The translations under genes and the position numbers were made by a program. A stretch of DNA of 58,723 bases, the filler included, from Nitrospinota bacterium (lineage in GTDB: Bacteria > JADFOP01): NCBI GenBank assembly GCA_022562795.1. It is 6 parts of 6 records of this genome, joined end to end, with 100 filler letters (N's around TTAATTAATTAA, not from the genome) between each part and the next. Parts side by side here need not be neighbours in the genome. Positions count along the whole stretch, not along the records: positions 19,801 to 39,231 come from JADFOP010000042.1; positions 39,332 to 44,175 come from JADFOP010000008.1; positions 44,276 to 49,100 come from JADFOP010000073.1; 3 more parts are not named here. The stretch is one strand, 5' to 3'. Shown here one piece after another: positions 36,815-46,556 of this stretch; positions within the stretch are counted from its first letter, which is position 1, and each line of letters starts with the position of its first letter. Under the pieces are notes generated by a model, which worked only from the letters and a program-made list of their open reading frames with translations, was not told the DNA's origin and made no database searches.

Positions 36815-37867
36815 TCAGGACCAGACGCCGGGGATGCCGACAGCGCACTTCGGGCAGCGGCCGTCGGGGCCGACCCGCTGCTCTCGAATCAAATAGCCGA
36901 GACGCCGAATCAAGGTTGTTCCGCAGCCATGGCACCGGGTGTCCTCATACGAGCCGACCTGGCCGGGGCGGTTTCCAGCGTAGACGTAATGGAGGCCCTC
37001 CTCGTAGCCTATCTCGGCCGCCCGAATGAGGGTCGTTGGCGGGGTGTCGTCCGGGTCGGTCATCTTGTAGTCCTTGTGGAAGGCGGTCACATGCCACGGA
37101 ATATCGGGGGAGACGCCGGCCAGGTATGAGGCCGCCCGGCGGATTTCGTCCTCGGAGTCGTTGAAGCCCGGCACGAGGAGCGTCACCACCTCGACCCAGA
37201 AGCCCATCTCCACCAGCATCGGGATGGTATCGAGCACGACCTGGAGCACCCCGCCCAGGCGGCGGTAGTTCCTGTCCTGCATTCCCTTGAGGTCGACCTT
37301 GTAGGCGTCGGTCACCGGCCGGAGGTACTCCAGGACCTCGCGGGTCGCGTTGCCGTTCGAGATGAAGCAGGTCTTTAGGCCTTCGGCCCTGGCGACCTCG
37401 AAGACGTCCCGGGCCCACTCGGCCGTGATCAGGGGCTCGTTGTAGGAGGAGCCGACGATGCGGGCCCCCTCTTCGAGGGCGATGCGGGTTAAAATCTCCG
37501 GTGTGGTCCGCTGGGGCGGGGCTACGGCGTTGGGGTCGCGAAGGGCCTGCGAGGTGAGCCAGTTCTGGCAGTAGCCGCAGTGGTAGTCGCAGCCGAGCAT
37601 CCCGAAGGTGAGCGTCGTCGAGCCGGGGAGCATGTGGAAGAAGGGCTTCTTCTCCGTCGGATCGCAGGCCAGCGCACCGACGTAGCCTGTCGGAACCTTC
37701 AGCACCCCGTTCTCGTTGAACCTGACCTTGCAGATGCCCCGGCGACCCTCCTTGATGAAGCAGCGGTGGCCGCAGGCCACACAGGTCAACGCCTTGTCTT
37801 TCTTCGGGAAGGCGAGCTCGTCCCGCACTTCGGTCAGCGGATCAATAATGTCGGCCAGCGTGGACAT
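36815..37867 (-). CDS. amrS: AmmeMemoRadiSam system radical SAM enzyme
   Basis: C..C.HRC...GICKVR, DPTEKKPFFH, CDYHCGYCQN, SYNEP. Confidence 0.92.
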   Translation of the reverse strand: MSTLADIIDPLTEVRDELAFPKKDKALTCVACGHRCFIKEGRRGICKVRFNENGVLKVPTGYVGALACDPTEKKPFFHMLPGSTTLTFGMLGCDYHCGYCQNWLTSQALRDPNAVAPPQRTTPEILTRIALEEGARIVGSSYNEPLITAEWARDVFEVARAEGLKTCFISNGNATREVLEYLRPVTDAYKVDLKGMQDRNYRRLGGVLQVVLDTIPMLVEMGFWVEVVTLLVPGFNDSEDEIRRAASYLAGVSPDIPWHVTAFHKDYKMTDPDDTPPTTLIRAAEIGYEEGLHYVYAGNRPGQVGSYEDTRCHGCGTTLIRRLGYLIREQRVGPDGRCPKCAVGIPGVWS

Positions 37868-37974
37868 AGGAAAGGCTCAAAGTCAAGAGATAAGCAACTG
37901 TGCTCACTAACCAATATACCAGGGAGTGGTCATACTTCAAGGGGCATTCGCCCGGCCCGACCCCTCAAACCACC

Positions 37975-38110
37975 CTTTGACACATTTGACACTTTTAGAC
38001 ACTTTTTGGGTTTTTCAAGAAGTGTCAAATTGGATGTAAGATATTGAATATACTGGCATTGTCAGGGAATAGAGCTGTCTAAAAGCTTGAAAAGTGTAAA
38101 GCGGTGTCAA
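37975..38110. repeat. Iteron-like TTTGACAC direct and inverted repeats
   Basis: tttgacaca tttgacact tttagacact, with inverted gtgtcaaa, tgtctaaaa, gtgtaaa and gtgtcaa. Confidence 0.6.
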
Positions 38111-38169
38111 GCAATAAATGATATTGATAATCAATAATAAATAGGTGGATGTGAGGGGTGACGCAGCCC

Positions 38170-39070
38170 GTGTAGGAGCAGGGTATCGGCCTGTACGGGC
38201 GGACTGGGGGTCTCAGGTTTCCGCCTAAGGCGGACCTCAGGCGGATGAGCTACCAAGATTAAGGGTAGTCGGGGTCGCCCCTGACCCCGACACCACTCGA
38301 GCGTCATAGGACGGCTGACGCATCCACGCGAAGAGGGGGTATGATAGCACCTAACGAGTACGACCGATAATAGGTAATCCTTCTTTCGTGACTATAGCTG
38401 TGCCAAAGACCTTTGGGATTAAAAGGAGTCGGGGTCAGGGGCGACCCCGACTACCCGGCAAAGGCCGGACAGCCGCAAGGGCTGTCCCTACAGGGTTTTG
38501 TGAGAAATGTAGGGACAGGGTTTATCCCTGTCCGTGGGTTTGGAGTGCGAATCGTATGAACGGCGGGGGTTTATCCCTGTCACTGGACAGCCATTCTGAG
38601 TAATCGGGGTCGCCAGCCCCGCCTGAGTCCGCCTCAGGCGGATTGCAGTGACGCTTGCGGCAAGGCTGTCCCTACAGATGGATAGCCCCCCAGGCCGCCT
38701 CAGGCGGATTAAACCTGTCCAAGCCTACGTGCGCCAGACGTAGCCGCAGGCGCTGCAATGGTAGCAGCCTATCGCATCGCGGTACTCCGGGTTGGGGGCG
38801 GAGCATAAGGTGCAGGCCGTGCCGGCTTCGCTGGCGGGGGACGCTTTCTCGGTCGGGGAAGGCTTGGCGCCGGAAAAGAGTTTTTTTAGCTCATCGAGAA
38901 ACCCCATGGGGTATCCTCCCTTCTCAAGGCATTATACCATCTATTTAGCGGCGCAGGCGCTTTTTTGCAGGTCCGCTTCTGGCGGACCTTAATCTATTGT
39001 AGGGCCAGTCCGCCTTAGGCGGATTACCCCGTCCGCAACCAAGGGTAGTTCCGCCTTAGGCGGACCTCAA
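38170..39070. repeat. GTAG-family REP and 15-bp palindrome cluster
   Basis: Same REP families as at 22.3 kb and 23.7-24.1 kb. Confidence 0.85.
38725..38907 (-). CDS. Small C4 Zn-ribbon protein
   Basis: [37 protein letters not shown] is almost identical to the Csp tail. Confidence 0.75.
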   Translation of the reverse strand: MGFLDELKKLFSGAKPSPTEKASPASEAGTACTLCSAPNPEYRDAIGCYHCSACGYVWRT

Positions 39071-39107
39071 GAGCTGTCTTCTTACGGGTGCGGTTTGGGG
39101 TGTTGCC

Positions 39108-39230
39108 CTAATACTGCAGCAAGACCTCGGCTGAGGCGCGGTTGACGTCGTAGTCTTTCTCTTCGATTGTCGAGTCGTGGTCTATTCGTTCGTACTTTGC
39201 GCTGAGGCGCAGTATGTCGCGGATTATGAA
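39108..39230 (-). CDS. 3' fragment of a probable outer-membrane beta-barrel protein
   Basis: ...LRLSAKYERIDHDSTIEEKDYDVNRASAEVLLQY*, with terminal aromatic residue. Confidence 0.55.
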   Translation of the reverse strand, partial: FIIRDILRLSAKYERIDHDSTIEEKDYDVNRASAEVLLQY

Positions 39231-39231
39231 G

Positions 39232-39331
39232 NNNNNNNNNNNNNNNNNNNNNNNNNNNNNNNNNNNNNNNNNNNNTTAATTAATTAANNNNNNNNNNNNN
39301 NNNNNNNNNNNNNNNNNNNNNNNNNNNNNNN
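39232..39331. other. Artificial contig linker
   Basis: N-TTAATTAATTAA-N. Confidence 0.98.
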
Positions 39332-39764
39332 CCGAAGCCCGAAGCTCCTCGGCCACCTCCTCCATTATTTCAGCACGGCGGGGCCACGCCTCTGGGTCGA
39401 TCGAACGTATTTGGGCGCCCACCATCCGGTCTATAAGAAGGTTGCCGGGATACTCCGTAGGCGGCTCGCCCCTGAGCACTAAAACGCTTTCCAACCCCAG
39501 GCGGCAGGCGACCACCGCCGTGGTCCTGGCGTGGTTTGATTGCAGAGCCCCGCAGGTCACCAGCGTGTCACACTTCTCGGCCAGGGCCTCGGCTACGAGG
39601 AACTCGAGCTTGCGTACCTTGTTGCCGCTGGTGAGAAAGCCGGTAAGGTCGTCGCGCTTGACGAAGAGCTCCACCCCCAGGCGTTCGCTGAGACGAGGGA
39701 GCCGCTCAATGGGGGTGGGGAGGTGAGCCAGACTCAAGCGGGGCGGGAGCCCGTCGCCCGTCAC
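39332..39764 (-). CDS. D-cysteine desulfhydrase / ACC deaminase family (3' partial)
   Basis: LPTPIERL, VKRDDLTG...SGNKVRKLEF, GALQSNHAR. Confidence 0.92.
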
Positions 39765-41191
39765 GAGGCATCCCCGTCGCTCCGGGTAGGGTCGTCCGCG
39801 GTAGCGGGGGCCACGGCCTCGGGGCTTTCTGCCAAGAGGTCGGCGAGCGTGGTGGAGGCGATGGCCTCATCGTAGGCCCGGTCCATCTGAAGGAAAAGCT
39901 CCTGGACTTTCCCGTCGGTATAGGGGATGAGGGAGTGCTCCGCGTGCTGTTTGCTCCGGCGGACCGTATCGACGACCTCAGAGACCTGAATGGTTTCGAT
40001 GGAGCGGCTGAGGAAATAGCCTTCTGCGTCGGAGTGGGAGCGCATGAGGATGTTGGCCTCTACAAGCATCTCGAAGACCCCCTCGACCAACCCCCTCTCT
40101 AGCCCCATATCCTTTGCGACAACGTCAGGGGTAAGTGGGGTCTTTCCCGCCTCAAAGGCCTCGGCCGCTTTGAGGACCGACCGGATGGCCAACTGCTCCA
40201 TGAGTGGATAGGGCACCAGGAGGCGGCTTAATGGGCTCGAAAGCCACTCGTAGTGGTGGATGGCGTAGGCTAGCTCGGCGCCATAGAGAATGATGAACCA
40301 GGATACATAGATCCAAAGGAGGAAGATTGGGAAGGCCACCAATGAGCCGTATATTTTGCTGGCGGCGAAGAGCTTGAGGACATAGAAATCGAAGCCGATC
40401 TTGCCCAGCTCCCACAGCGAGCCGCCGATGACCGCCCCCAGGGCGGCGGGTACTAGGGGTACCCGCACCCCGGTCAGAAACCGGTAGATGAGGAAGAAAG
40501 CGAGCCAGGAGAAGACGAGGGGTGTCATGAAGTAGATGGCCTTGCCCACGAAGGCGTAGCTCATGAGGGTGCGGAAGAGATCGGTGTGGGTGAACTTGGC
40601 GGTGATGCTGATGGAGACCCCAATGAGGAGGGGCCCCAACAGGATCATGGCGATATAGTAAGAGAGGCGCTGGCCGAAGCGGCGGGTGTGCCGCACGTTC
40701 CAGATGTGACCCAGGACGTTTTCGACGGTGTTGAGTAGCGCAAAAGCCGCCCCGATGAGGGCGACCACTCCCACCGCCCCGACCGTCTTGGCCGAGGTCT
40801 TGTGGATGAACTCGGTGAGGTAGGTCGAGATGGCCTGGCTCGAGGAGGCGATGAGGTGGCTGAAGATGAAGGCCTGAACCCGGGCCTCGACCTCTTTTAG
40901 GGCTCCGAAGGCCTGGAATAGCGCGAAAGAGACGATGAGAATTGGCACGAGGGTCAGGATGGTGGTGAACGCCAAGGCGGAAGCCTTGTGGGCGCAGCCG
41001 TCGCGGACGAACTCCCGAAGGGCCAACCACAGGACACGGAAGGGATAGACAACGGTGTTCCACGAAAGGCCTCGAAGACTTTGTCGCAAGCGGACGAGCG
41101 TGTTGCCTAAAGCCCCCCGTTTCAGGCGGGTCGCCGCCGATGCGGGCGAGGCTTCAGAGGCATCAGGTTTTTCGGGCTCCACGATGTTCAC
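39761..41191 (-). CDS. YihY/BrkB family membrane protein with C-terminal wHTH
   Basis: ASALAFTTILTLVP, IWNV, KIYGSLVAFPIFLLWIYVSWFIILYGAE. Confidence 0.9.
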   Translation of the reverse strand: MNIVEPEKPDASEASPASAATRLKRGALGNTLVRLRQSLRGLSWNTVVYPFRVLWLALREFVRDGCAHKASALAFTTILTLVPILIVSFALFQAFGALKEVEARVQAFIFSHLIASSSQAISTYLTEFIHKTSAKTVGAVGVVALIGAAFALLNTVENVLGHIWNVRHTRRFGQRLSYYIAMILLGPLLIGVSISITAKFTHTDLFRTLMSYAFVGKAIYFMTPLVFSWLAFFLIYRFLTGVRVPLVPAALGAVIGGSLWELGKIGFDFYVLKLFAASKIYGSLVAFPIFLLWIYVSWFIILYGAELAYAIHHYEWLSSPLSRLLVPYPLMEQLAIRSVLKAAEAFEAGKTPLTPDVVAKDMGLERGLVEGVFEMLVEANILMRSHSDAEGYFLSRSIETIQVSEVVDTVRRSKQHAEHSLIPYTDGKVQELFLQMDRAYDEAIASTTLADLLAESPEAVAPATADDPTRSDGDAS

Positions 41192-41336
41192 TCCCGGTGG
41201 CTTTTGGTGCCTGGGGTTGGTGGGGCTCACCCTAAAAGAAGCCGGGGGGGTTGTCAAGCCGGAATGAGGCGCCGCCGGTTGACAGGCCCGCAGAAGCGGG
41301 TACAATGGGGTTCTCTGGAGGACAGAGGAGATCACG

Positions 41337-42119
41337 ATGGAGGAGCCGGTCATCCTGACCGAGGTTGAAGGCGACCTCGGCTTCCTTATCCTCAACCGCC
41401 CGGCGATGCGAAACGCTCTCAACCTCGAAGCCTACGGTGCCATCCCCGCTGCCGTCGCCTCCCTCGAGGAGGCCGGTGTCAAGACCATCGTCGTTAGGGG
41501 AGCGGGAGAGAGGGCCTTCGGAGCGGGTAGCGATATCTCCGAATTTCCCACCCTTCGCTTCGGCCGCGAGGCGGCGCTCCATTACAACCGGGTGGAGGAG
41601 GACGCCTTGGTTGCACTCGCCGACTGTCCCCTGCCAACGGTCGCGATGATTTACGGCTACTGTGTGGGAGGGGGAATTGAGGTGGCGGTGGTCTGTGACC
41701 TCAGGGTCGCCGGCCAGGGCGCCAGGTTCGGCGCCACCCCGGCCAAGCTGGGGATCGCCTTCAGCCGCCAGAACGTCGAGAGGCTCTGCCACATTATCGG
41801 GCCCTCCCACGCCAAGGATCTGCTGTTGACTGCCGAACTCATCAGCGCCGAGCGCGCCCACCAAATCGGGCTCGTCAACCGGGTGGTTGCCGACGAGGCC
41901 CTCGAGGCCGAAACCCTAGCCTTGGCCCGCACCATCGCCCAGAACGCTCCGCTGTCGGTCCGTGAGATGAAGCTCTATGTCAACGATTGGGCCGCAGTCG
42001 ACGACATCCACGATGGAGAGGGGGGCGGCATCTCCCTTGCGTGTTACGAGAGCGACGATTACCGGGAGGGGGTGGAGGCCTTCTTGGAAAAACGAAAACC
42101 GGATTTTCGCGGGAGGTAG
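41337..42119 (+). CDS. Enoyl-CoA hydratase/isomerase family protein
   Basis: LNRPAMRNAL, AFGAGSDI, GYCVGGG, DYREGVEAFLEKRKP. Confidence 0.92.
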   Translation: MEEPVILTEVEGDLGFLILNRPAMRNALNLEAYGAIPAAVASLEEAGVKTIVVRGAGERAFGAGSDISEFPTLRFGREAALHYNRVEEDALVALADCPLPTVAMIYGYCVGGGIEVAVVCDLRVAGQGARFGATPAKLGIAFSRQNVERLCHIIGPSHAKDLLLTAELISAERAHQIGLVNRVVADEALEAETLALARTIAQNAPLSVREMKLYVNDWAAVDDIHDGEGGGISLACYESDDYREGVEAFLEKRKPDFRGR

Positions 42120-42333
42120 GCAGGTGACCACCTTCCTCTCCGCCTTTAAGCTCACCCCTAACCCTTGACCAGCAAGCCTGCTGAAATGACGGCGAAATTC
42201 ACCCAATGCGATGGGGCCGCTCCCGCGGGAGACAGAAGCCGGTTGGCGCGACCGGGGGCGGGTCGGCTTCCTCTGCGCCCTGCTCCTTAGGAAAAAGAGC
42301 GCCGTCGGACTTGCCCTGCCTTAGAGTGAAGGG

Positions 42334-43434
42334 TTGATACATACCATGTTGAAAACCTACCGGAAGATTGACGAAACCCTTTGGCGCATCGCCGGCCGGC
42401 TTCAGCTCCTCAAAGGCGTCAGCCCGACCCAGGCGAGTATCGACAAGTTCCGGGACAGCTTCTTCCGCTCCCGGAAGGAGGGGAGTCGTCCGCCGCTGCG
42501 CCTGGCATACTATCCGCCCCGGTCCGATCTAGCTGCCTTGAAGGCGGCGCTGGAGCAAGCCTCGGTGCCGGAGGGGCCTCTGGAACCCCTATACGAGGCC
42601 AAGCGCCTGGAGCTCCTGGCCAAAGCGAAGCTGCTTGCCGCCGTCGGAACCTCGGACCTGACAGCTCAATCTCATGCGGTCTACGGTCGTCCGAGCCCTG
42701 AGGATGTCCGGCGGGCTGACCTATACTTGGAGGAGCACCCTCCCAATAAATGGCCGCCACGGGAGGTGACCGCCTCGGCCCTCGGGGAGCGGTTCGCTCA
42801 GGCTTTGGCCTCTCGCGGTCTTCACGACTGGGGGGTTGTGCTCAGGACCGAAGGCGTGGTGGGCGTATGCATCAACTACCGCCAGCGGGCCATCGAGGTT
42901 CACGCCGAGCGCTTTTTCAACGAACAGGACGTGGCCCGGCTCATCATCCACGAGATCGACACCCATATCCTTAGGCGGTCTCGGGCAGAAGCCACCGACC
43001 TTAGACTATTCGCTATGGGGACGGCGGGATACCTCTCCACAGAAGAGGGGTTGGCGGTCTATCAGGAGGCCCAGCATGGGGTCCTGGAGGTCAACCGACT
43101 CAGGGTGTACGCCGGCCAACTGCTGGCCGTCGAAACCGCCCTCATAAGTGGCTTCGGGGCCGTGTTCGAGAGCCTCGTAGCCCGGGGCTTCGACGAAGAA
43201 GAGGCCTTTCACATTACCCTTCGGGTCAAGCGGGGACTCTCCAATGTCGAGGAACCTGGGGCCTTTACCAAGGACCATTGCTACTTCACCGGATATTGCG
43301 CAATTGAGGCTTTCGTCGAGGCGGGCGGCAGGGTCGAGGAGCTGTTCCTCCTCGGAAAGGTCGGCCTCGAAGATCTCCCACTCCTTCGCCGGGTTGGCCT
43401 TGTCTCGGCAATGAGGGTCCGCGCCACCGTTTAG
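42334..43434 (+). CDS. DUF1704 / MATCAP-like metallo-carboxypeptidase
   Basis: HEIDTH (HExxxH), TEEGLA, RVKRG, FTKD..Y..G and GKV motifs. Confidence 0.85.
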   Translation: MIHTMLKTYRKIDETLWRIAGRLQLLKGVSPTQASIDKFRDSFFRSRKEGSRPPLRLAYYPPRSDLAALKAALEQASVPEGPLEPLYEAKRLELLAKAKLLAAVGTSDLTAQSHAVYGRPSPEDVRRADLYLEEHPPNKWPPREVTASALGERFAQALASRGLHDWGVVLRTEGVVGVCINYRQRAIEVHAERFFNEQDVARLIIHEIDTHILRRSRAEATDLRLFAMGTAGYLSTEEGLAVYQEAQHGVLEVNRLRVYAGQLLAVETALISGFGAVFESLVARGFDEEEAFHITLRVKRGLSNVEEPGAFTKDHCYFTGYCAIEAFVEAGGRVEELFLLGKVGLEDLPLLRRVGLVSAMRVRATV

Positions 43435-43435
43435 G

Positions 43436-44175
43436 GTGGAGCGCCCGATGGATAAGCAAACCCTTATTGAACGTTACAATGACCTGCTGGAGAGCGATGT
43501 GGCTCTCCGTCGGGCTACGTACGAGCATCTGGACCGCGAGATGGTTAGGGCCGATGTGCGTTTTGGAGAGGAGATTATTCCCACCTTCTTGAGGCCCTAT
43601 TTCATTACCGTCGCCGAGGACCGGCTCATCGAGGCCGCTGTCGAAATCATCATGCGGTGTGCCCGTAAGCTTCTCCACCTCTTCGACGACGACCCCCAAG
43701 TGGCTGAATACCTTGAGCTCTCCGGCGGGGAGCGAGAGCTCTTCGCCATCCCCCACGGCTACGACCAAACGGTCGTGATATGCCGCCTGGACGGGTTTCT
43801 CTCCGGCGAGGGCCTTCAATTTTTGGAGCTTAACGCCGACACCCCTGCGGGCATGGGATACGGAGACATAATGGCGGAGATTTTTCTCTCCATGCCTGTG
43901 TTCGAAAAGTTGGGCCCAGCCTACGGATATCATTTCATCGGGACCCGCAAGCGCCTGCTCCAGGCGCTTTTAGCCTGTTACCGGGTATTCGGGGGCCGTG
44001 AAACGCCTACAATAGCCATGATCGGCTGGGACGGCCTTAGGACCCGGCCGGAGTTTCGCCTCATCAAGCAGACCTTCGAGGCCGAGGGCTACCCCACGGT
44101 CATATGCGACCCAAGGGCGCTCGAATTCATCAAGGGTCACCTCACCTTCGAGGGCGAGCGCATACACCTTATATA
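43436..44175 (+). CDS. Circularly permuted ATP-grasp protein (3' partial)
   Basis: CRLDGF, FLELNADTPAGMGY, EF...F...G..TVICDPRALEF. Confidence 0.8.
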
Positions 44176-44275
44176 NNNNNNNNNNNNNNNNNNNNNNNNN
44201 NNNNNNNNNNNNNNNNNNNTTAATTAATTAANNNNNNNNNNNNNNNNNNNNNNNNNNNNNNNNNNNNNNNNNNNN
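44176..44275. other. Artificial contig linker
   Basis: N-TTAATTAATTAA-N. Confidence 0.98.
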
Positions 44276-44709
44276 CCAGACCTGTTTTCCGGTCCATGCA
44301 GGTGGCGACCAGACTCATGAAGCTTCTAACGCCCCCCCCCGATACATCTGAGGAAGTCCTTTTCAGAAATGACACCGACGATACCTCCCTTACTGTCCAC
44401 AACCGGGAGCCCGGAAACTCCCGTTCTATCCATTGCCTGAGCCACTTCCACCAAAACAGTGTCTTCTCTCACCGTATGCACCGGACTGCTCATGATCTCC
44501 TTGGCCTGCATAGAAAGAATACGTTTTTGGGCGTGTTCATATGCCAGACCACAGAGATTTTTGGCAGCAGCCGGAGTGATGTCCATATATCCGGGGATAT
44601 CCTTCATCGCCTGGTAGATATCCTCTTCCGAGGCTTGACTCGGAGTCAGACCCTCTCCAGATGACCCTATTGGTTCACTGTCTTTTTCACCTTGTTTCTT
44701 CTTGCTCAT
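44276..44709 (-). pseudogene. CBS domain protein, apparently frameshifted at a G9 tract (also cut by contig end)
   Basis: DIYQAMKDIPGYMDITP...AKEIMSSPV...GLPVVD...GVISEKDFL. A plausible continuation (RSFMSLVATCM) is in another frame after 44332-44340. Confidence 0.6.
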
Positions 44710-44860
44710 CCCAACTACCTTCCTTCTAATTACTTGGGTGCGACGCCTGGTCGCGTCCGCACCTCACCGGGCCACCGAACCAGGTCGAGCCCCTTGCGGA
44801 GTGACTGTTCGCGGGCATCGAGAATCGACTGCACCTTATCCTCCCGGAGCCCTCCACTAT

Positions 44861-45598
44861 TCAGAACCAAAACTCAGGGTATCTGCGGCTTCGAGGAATG
44901 TTATTAACCAGAAGTGCGACCACCAGCATAATGATTGCCCCCAGACCAACAGGGATGATGATGTAGAGGTAGCCGAGGGCGTGGACTTTCTGGCTGCCGA
45001 TGACCGCGATCAAGGCTGTCGCCCCACCTGGAGGATGAAGGGTCTTGGTGGCGTGCATGAATGCTATCGCAGTGGCTACGGCAACAGCTCCGGCAAGCCA
45101 CAGGTTCGGCTGTAACAACTTATAACAGATCACGCCTGATATGGCTGAGACGATATGCCCTCCCACGAAATTTCTAGGCTGGGCCAACGGGACATCAATC
45201 GCTCCATAGATAAGGACCGCTGAAGCACCAAAAGACCCTATGACCATCAACAGGTCCGTTGCCTCAAGCATATTGTAGTTGATGTATGCGACCGTACCAA
45301 TTCCACAAAAGCCGCCTATCCATGACCAGATGATTTCGGATAGGCTGACCAACGGAGGGCTCTTCGTATGCCCCCCCTTCATTTTATGAAAATATTCTCT
45401 AAGCGTAGACATCGATGGAGAATCACCGGCGGTAGAACCGTTCGCCTGTTGCTCTTTCCGTCCCACCAGGGTATCGCGGGACACGGATCGAAAGAGGACA
45501 CACCCACGCATAGCGGGTCGGCAATCGGCCTTCAATAAGACGCAGTAGCCGCTATCGTCGTGAGGGCACACGCTCCATCCCATATCAATCACCCCCAT
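44861..45598 (-). CDS. HPP family membrane protein
   Basis: GSFGASAVLIYG..PLAQPRN, TLHPPGGATAL. True start may be the internal Met (MSTLREYF). Confidence 0.9.
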   Translation of the reverse strand: MGVIDMGWSVCPHDDSGYCVLLKADCRPAMRGCVLFRSVSRDTLVGRKEQQANGSTAGDSPSMSTLREYFHKMKGGHTKSPPLVSLSEIIWSWIGGFCGIGTVAYINYNMLEATDLLMVIGSFGASAVLIYGAIDVPLAQPRNFVGGHIVSAISGVICYKLLQPNLWLAGAVAVATAIAFMHATKTLHPPGGATALIAVIGSQKVHALGYLYIIIPVGLGAIIMLVVALLVNNIPRSRRYPEFWF

Positions 45599-45710
45599 TT
45601 ATCCGCCAGAGCAGGCCTGGCATCCCTACACCCAGGTGGTTGGAACCCAAAGGCGGTTGACTTAATGTGTCGGATAGAATACATTTATATATAATAATAT
45701 ATACTAATAG

Positions 45711-46316
45711 ATGGAGGTGTCAATGGTTGAGCATCTAGTGATTAACATAGGCAGGAAAATTAAACAGTTGAGAGAAGAGCGCGGGCTGTCGCTCCGTCAG
45801 CTAGGAGAGCTGATTGACGTCTCACCCAGCCATATTCAGAAAATCGAGACCAATCAAATCAATCCATCCATTACCGTTATGTTGAAAATTGCCCGGGGAT
45901 TTGGTAAAGAGATCAGCCACTTCCTGGACGAGGGCACGATACCACAGGATGTGGCTTTCCTCCCCTCCAGCGATCGCCAGGCAGTCCCGGTGCGTGAACC
46001 AAACATCACGATTGAGTTGCTATCCGAGGGCCTCGTGGACCAGATCTTCCAGCCCATGATCCTGGTCATCCCCCCAGGGGAGAAGCTTGGGCCCCGCGAG
46101 ATCGTCCACGAGGGAGAAGAGTGGCAGTTATGTCTACAGGGGACGGTCGAATTCACTATCCGGGATGATAAATACACCTTGAAAGAGGGGGATGGCCTCC
46201 ATTTCAAGAGCCACATCACCCATCACTGGGAGAACATCGGCAGGGGGGAGGCTAGGCTCCTGATGGTCTGTTCACCTCCACCGATGGTGGGCCGCGACCG
46301 CTCCTTAGAGATTTAG
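45711..46316 (+). CDS. XRE-family regulator with cupin domain
   Basis: IGRKIKQLREERGLSL HTH, then HEGEE...GD..HF....H.W.N cupin. Confidence 0.92.
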   Translation: MEVSMVEHLVINIGRKIKQLREERGLSLRQLGELIDVSPSHIQKIETNQINPSITVMLKIARGFGKEISHFLDEGTIPQDVAFLPSSDRQAVPVREPNITIELLSEGLVDQIFQPMILVIPPGEKLGPREIVHEGEEWQLCLQGTVEFTIRDDKYTLKEGDGLHFKSHITHHWENIGRGEARLLMVCSPPPMVGRDRSLEI

Positions 46317-46556
46317 CTCGGATTTATCTCTAAGAACGAAAGGAGCCTCTAGCGAGCCCGATTGCACCTACTGGCCAACTTTGTATTGATGGGTTTACGT
46401 TCTAAGTGCAGGTTACGATTATCCCATCTATACGTAGCATCTCCCGCTTCTCCACGTCAGGATGGTTAGGGTAGAGAGTCATGTTACAGGGTGTCCTCCG
46501 AAACAACCCTCTCAACAAACTCCACAACCTGATAACCTCTATAACCCGTCTTTTAT

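Larger units (their letters stand above)
14936..39064. repeat. Dispersed 15-bp palindrome TCCGCCTNAGGCGGA family
   Basis: Copies (some with 1-2 mismatches) start at 14936, 15360, 15408, 17687, 17720, 17759, 17888, 18011, 18579, 19331, 22491, 24006, 38220, 38628, 38694, 38972, 39009 and 39050. Confidence 0.92.
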
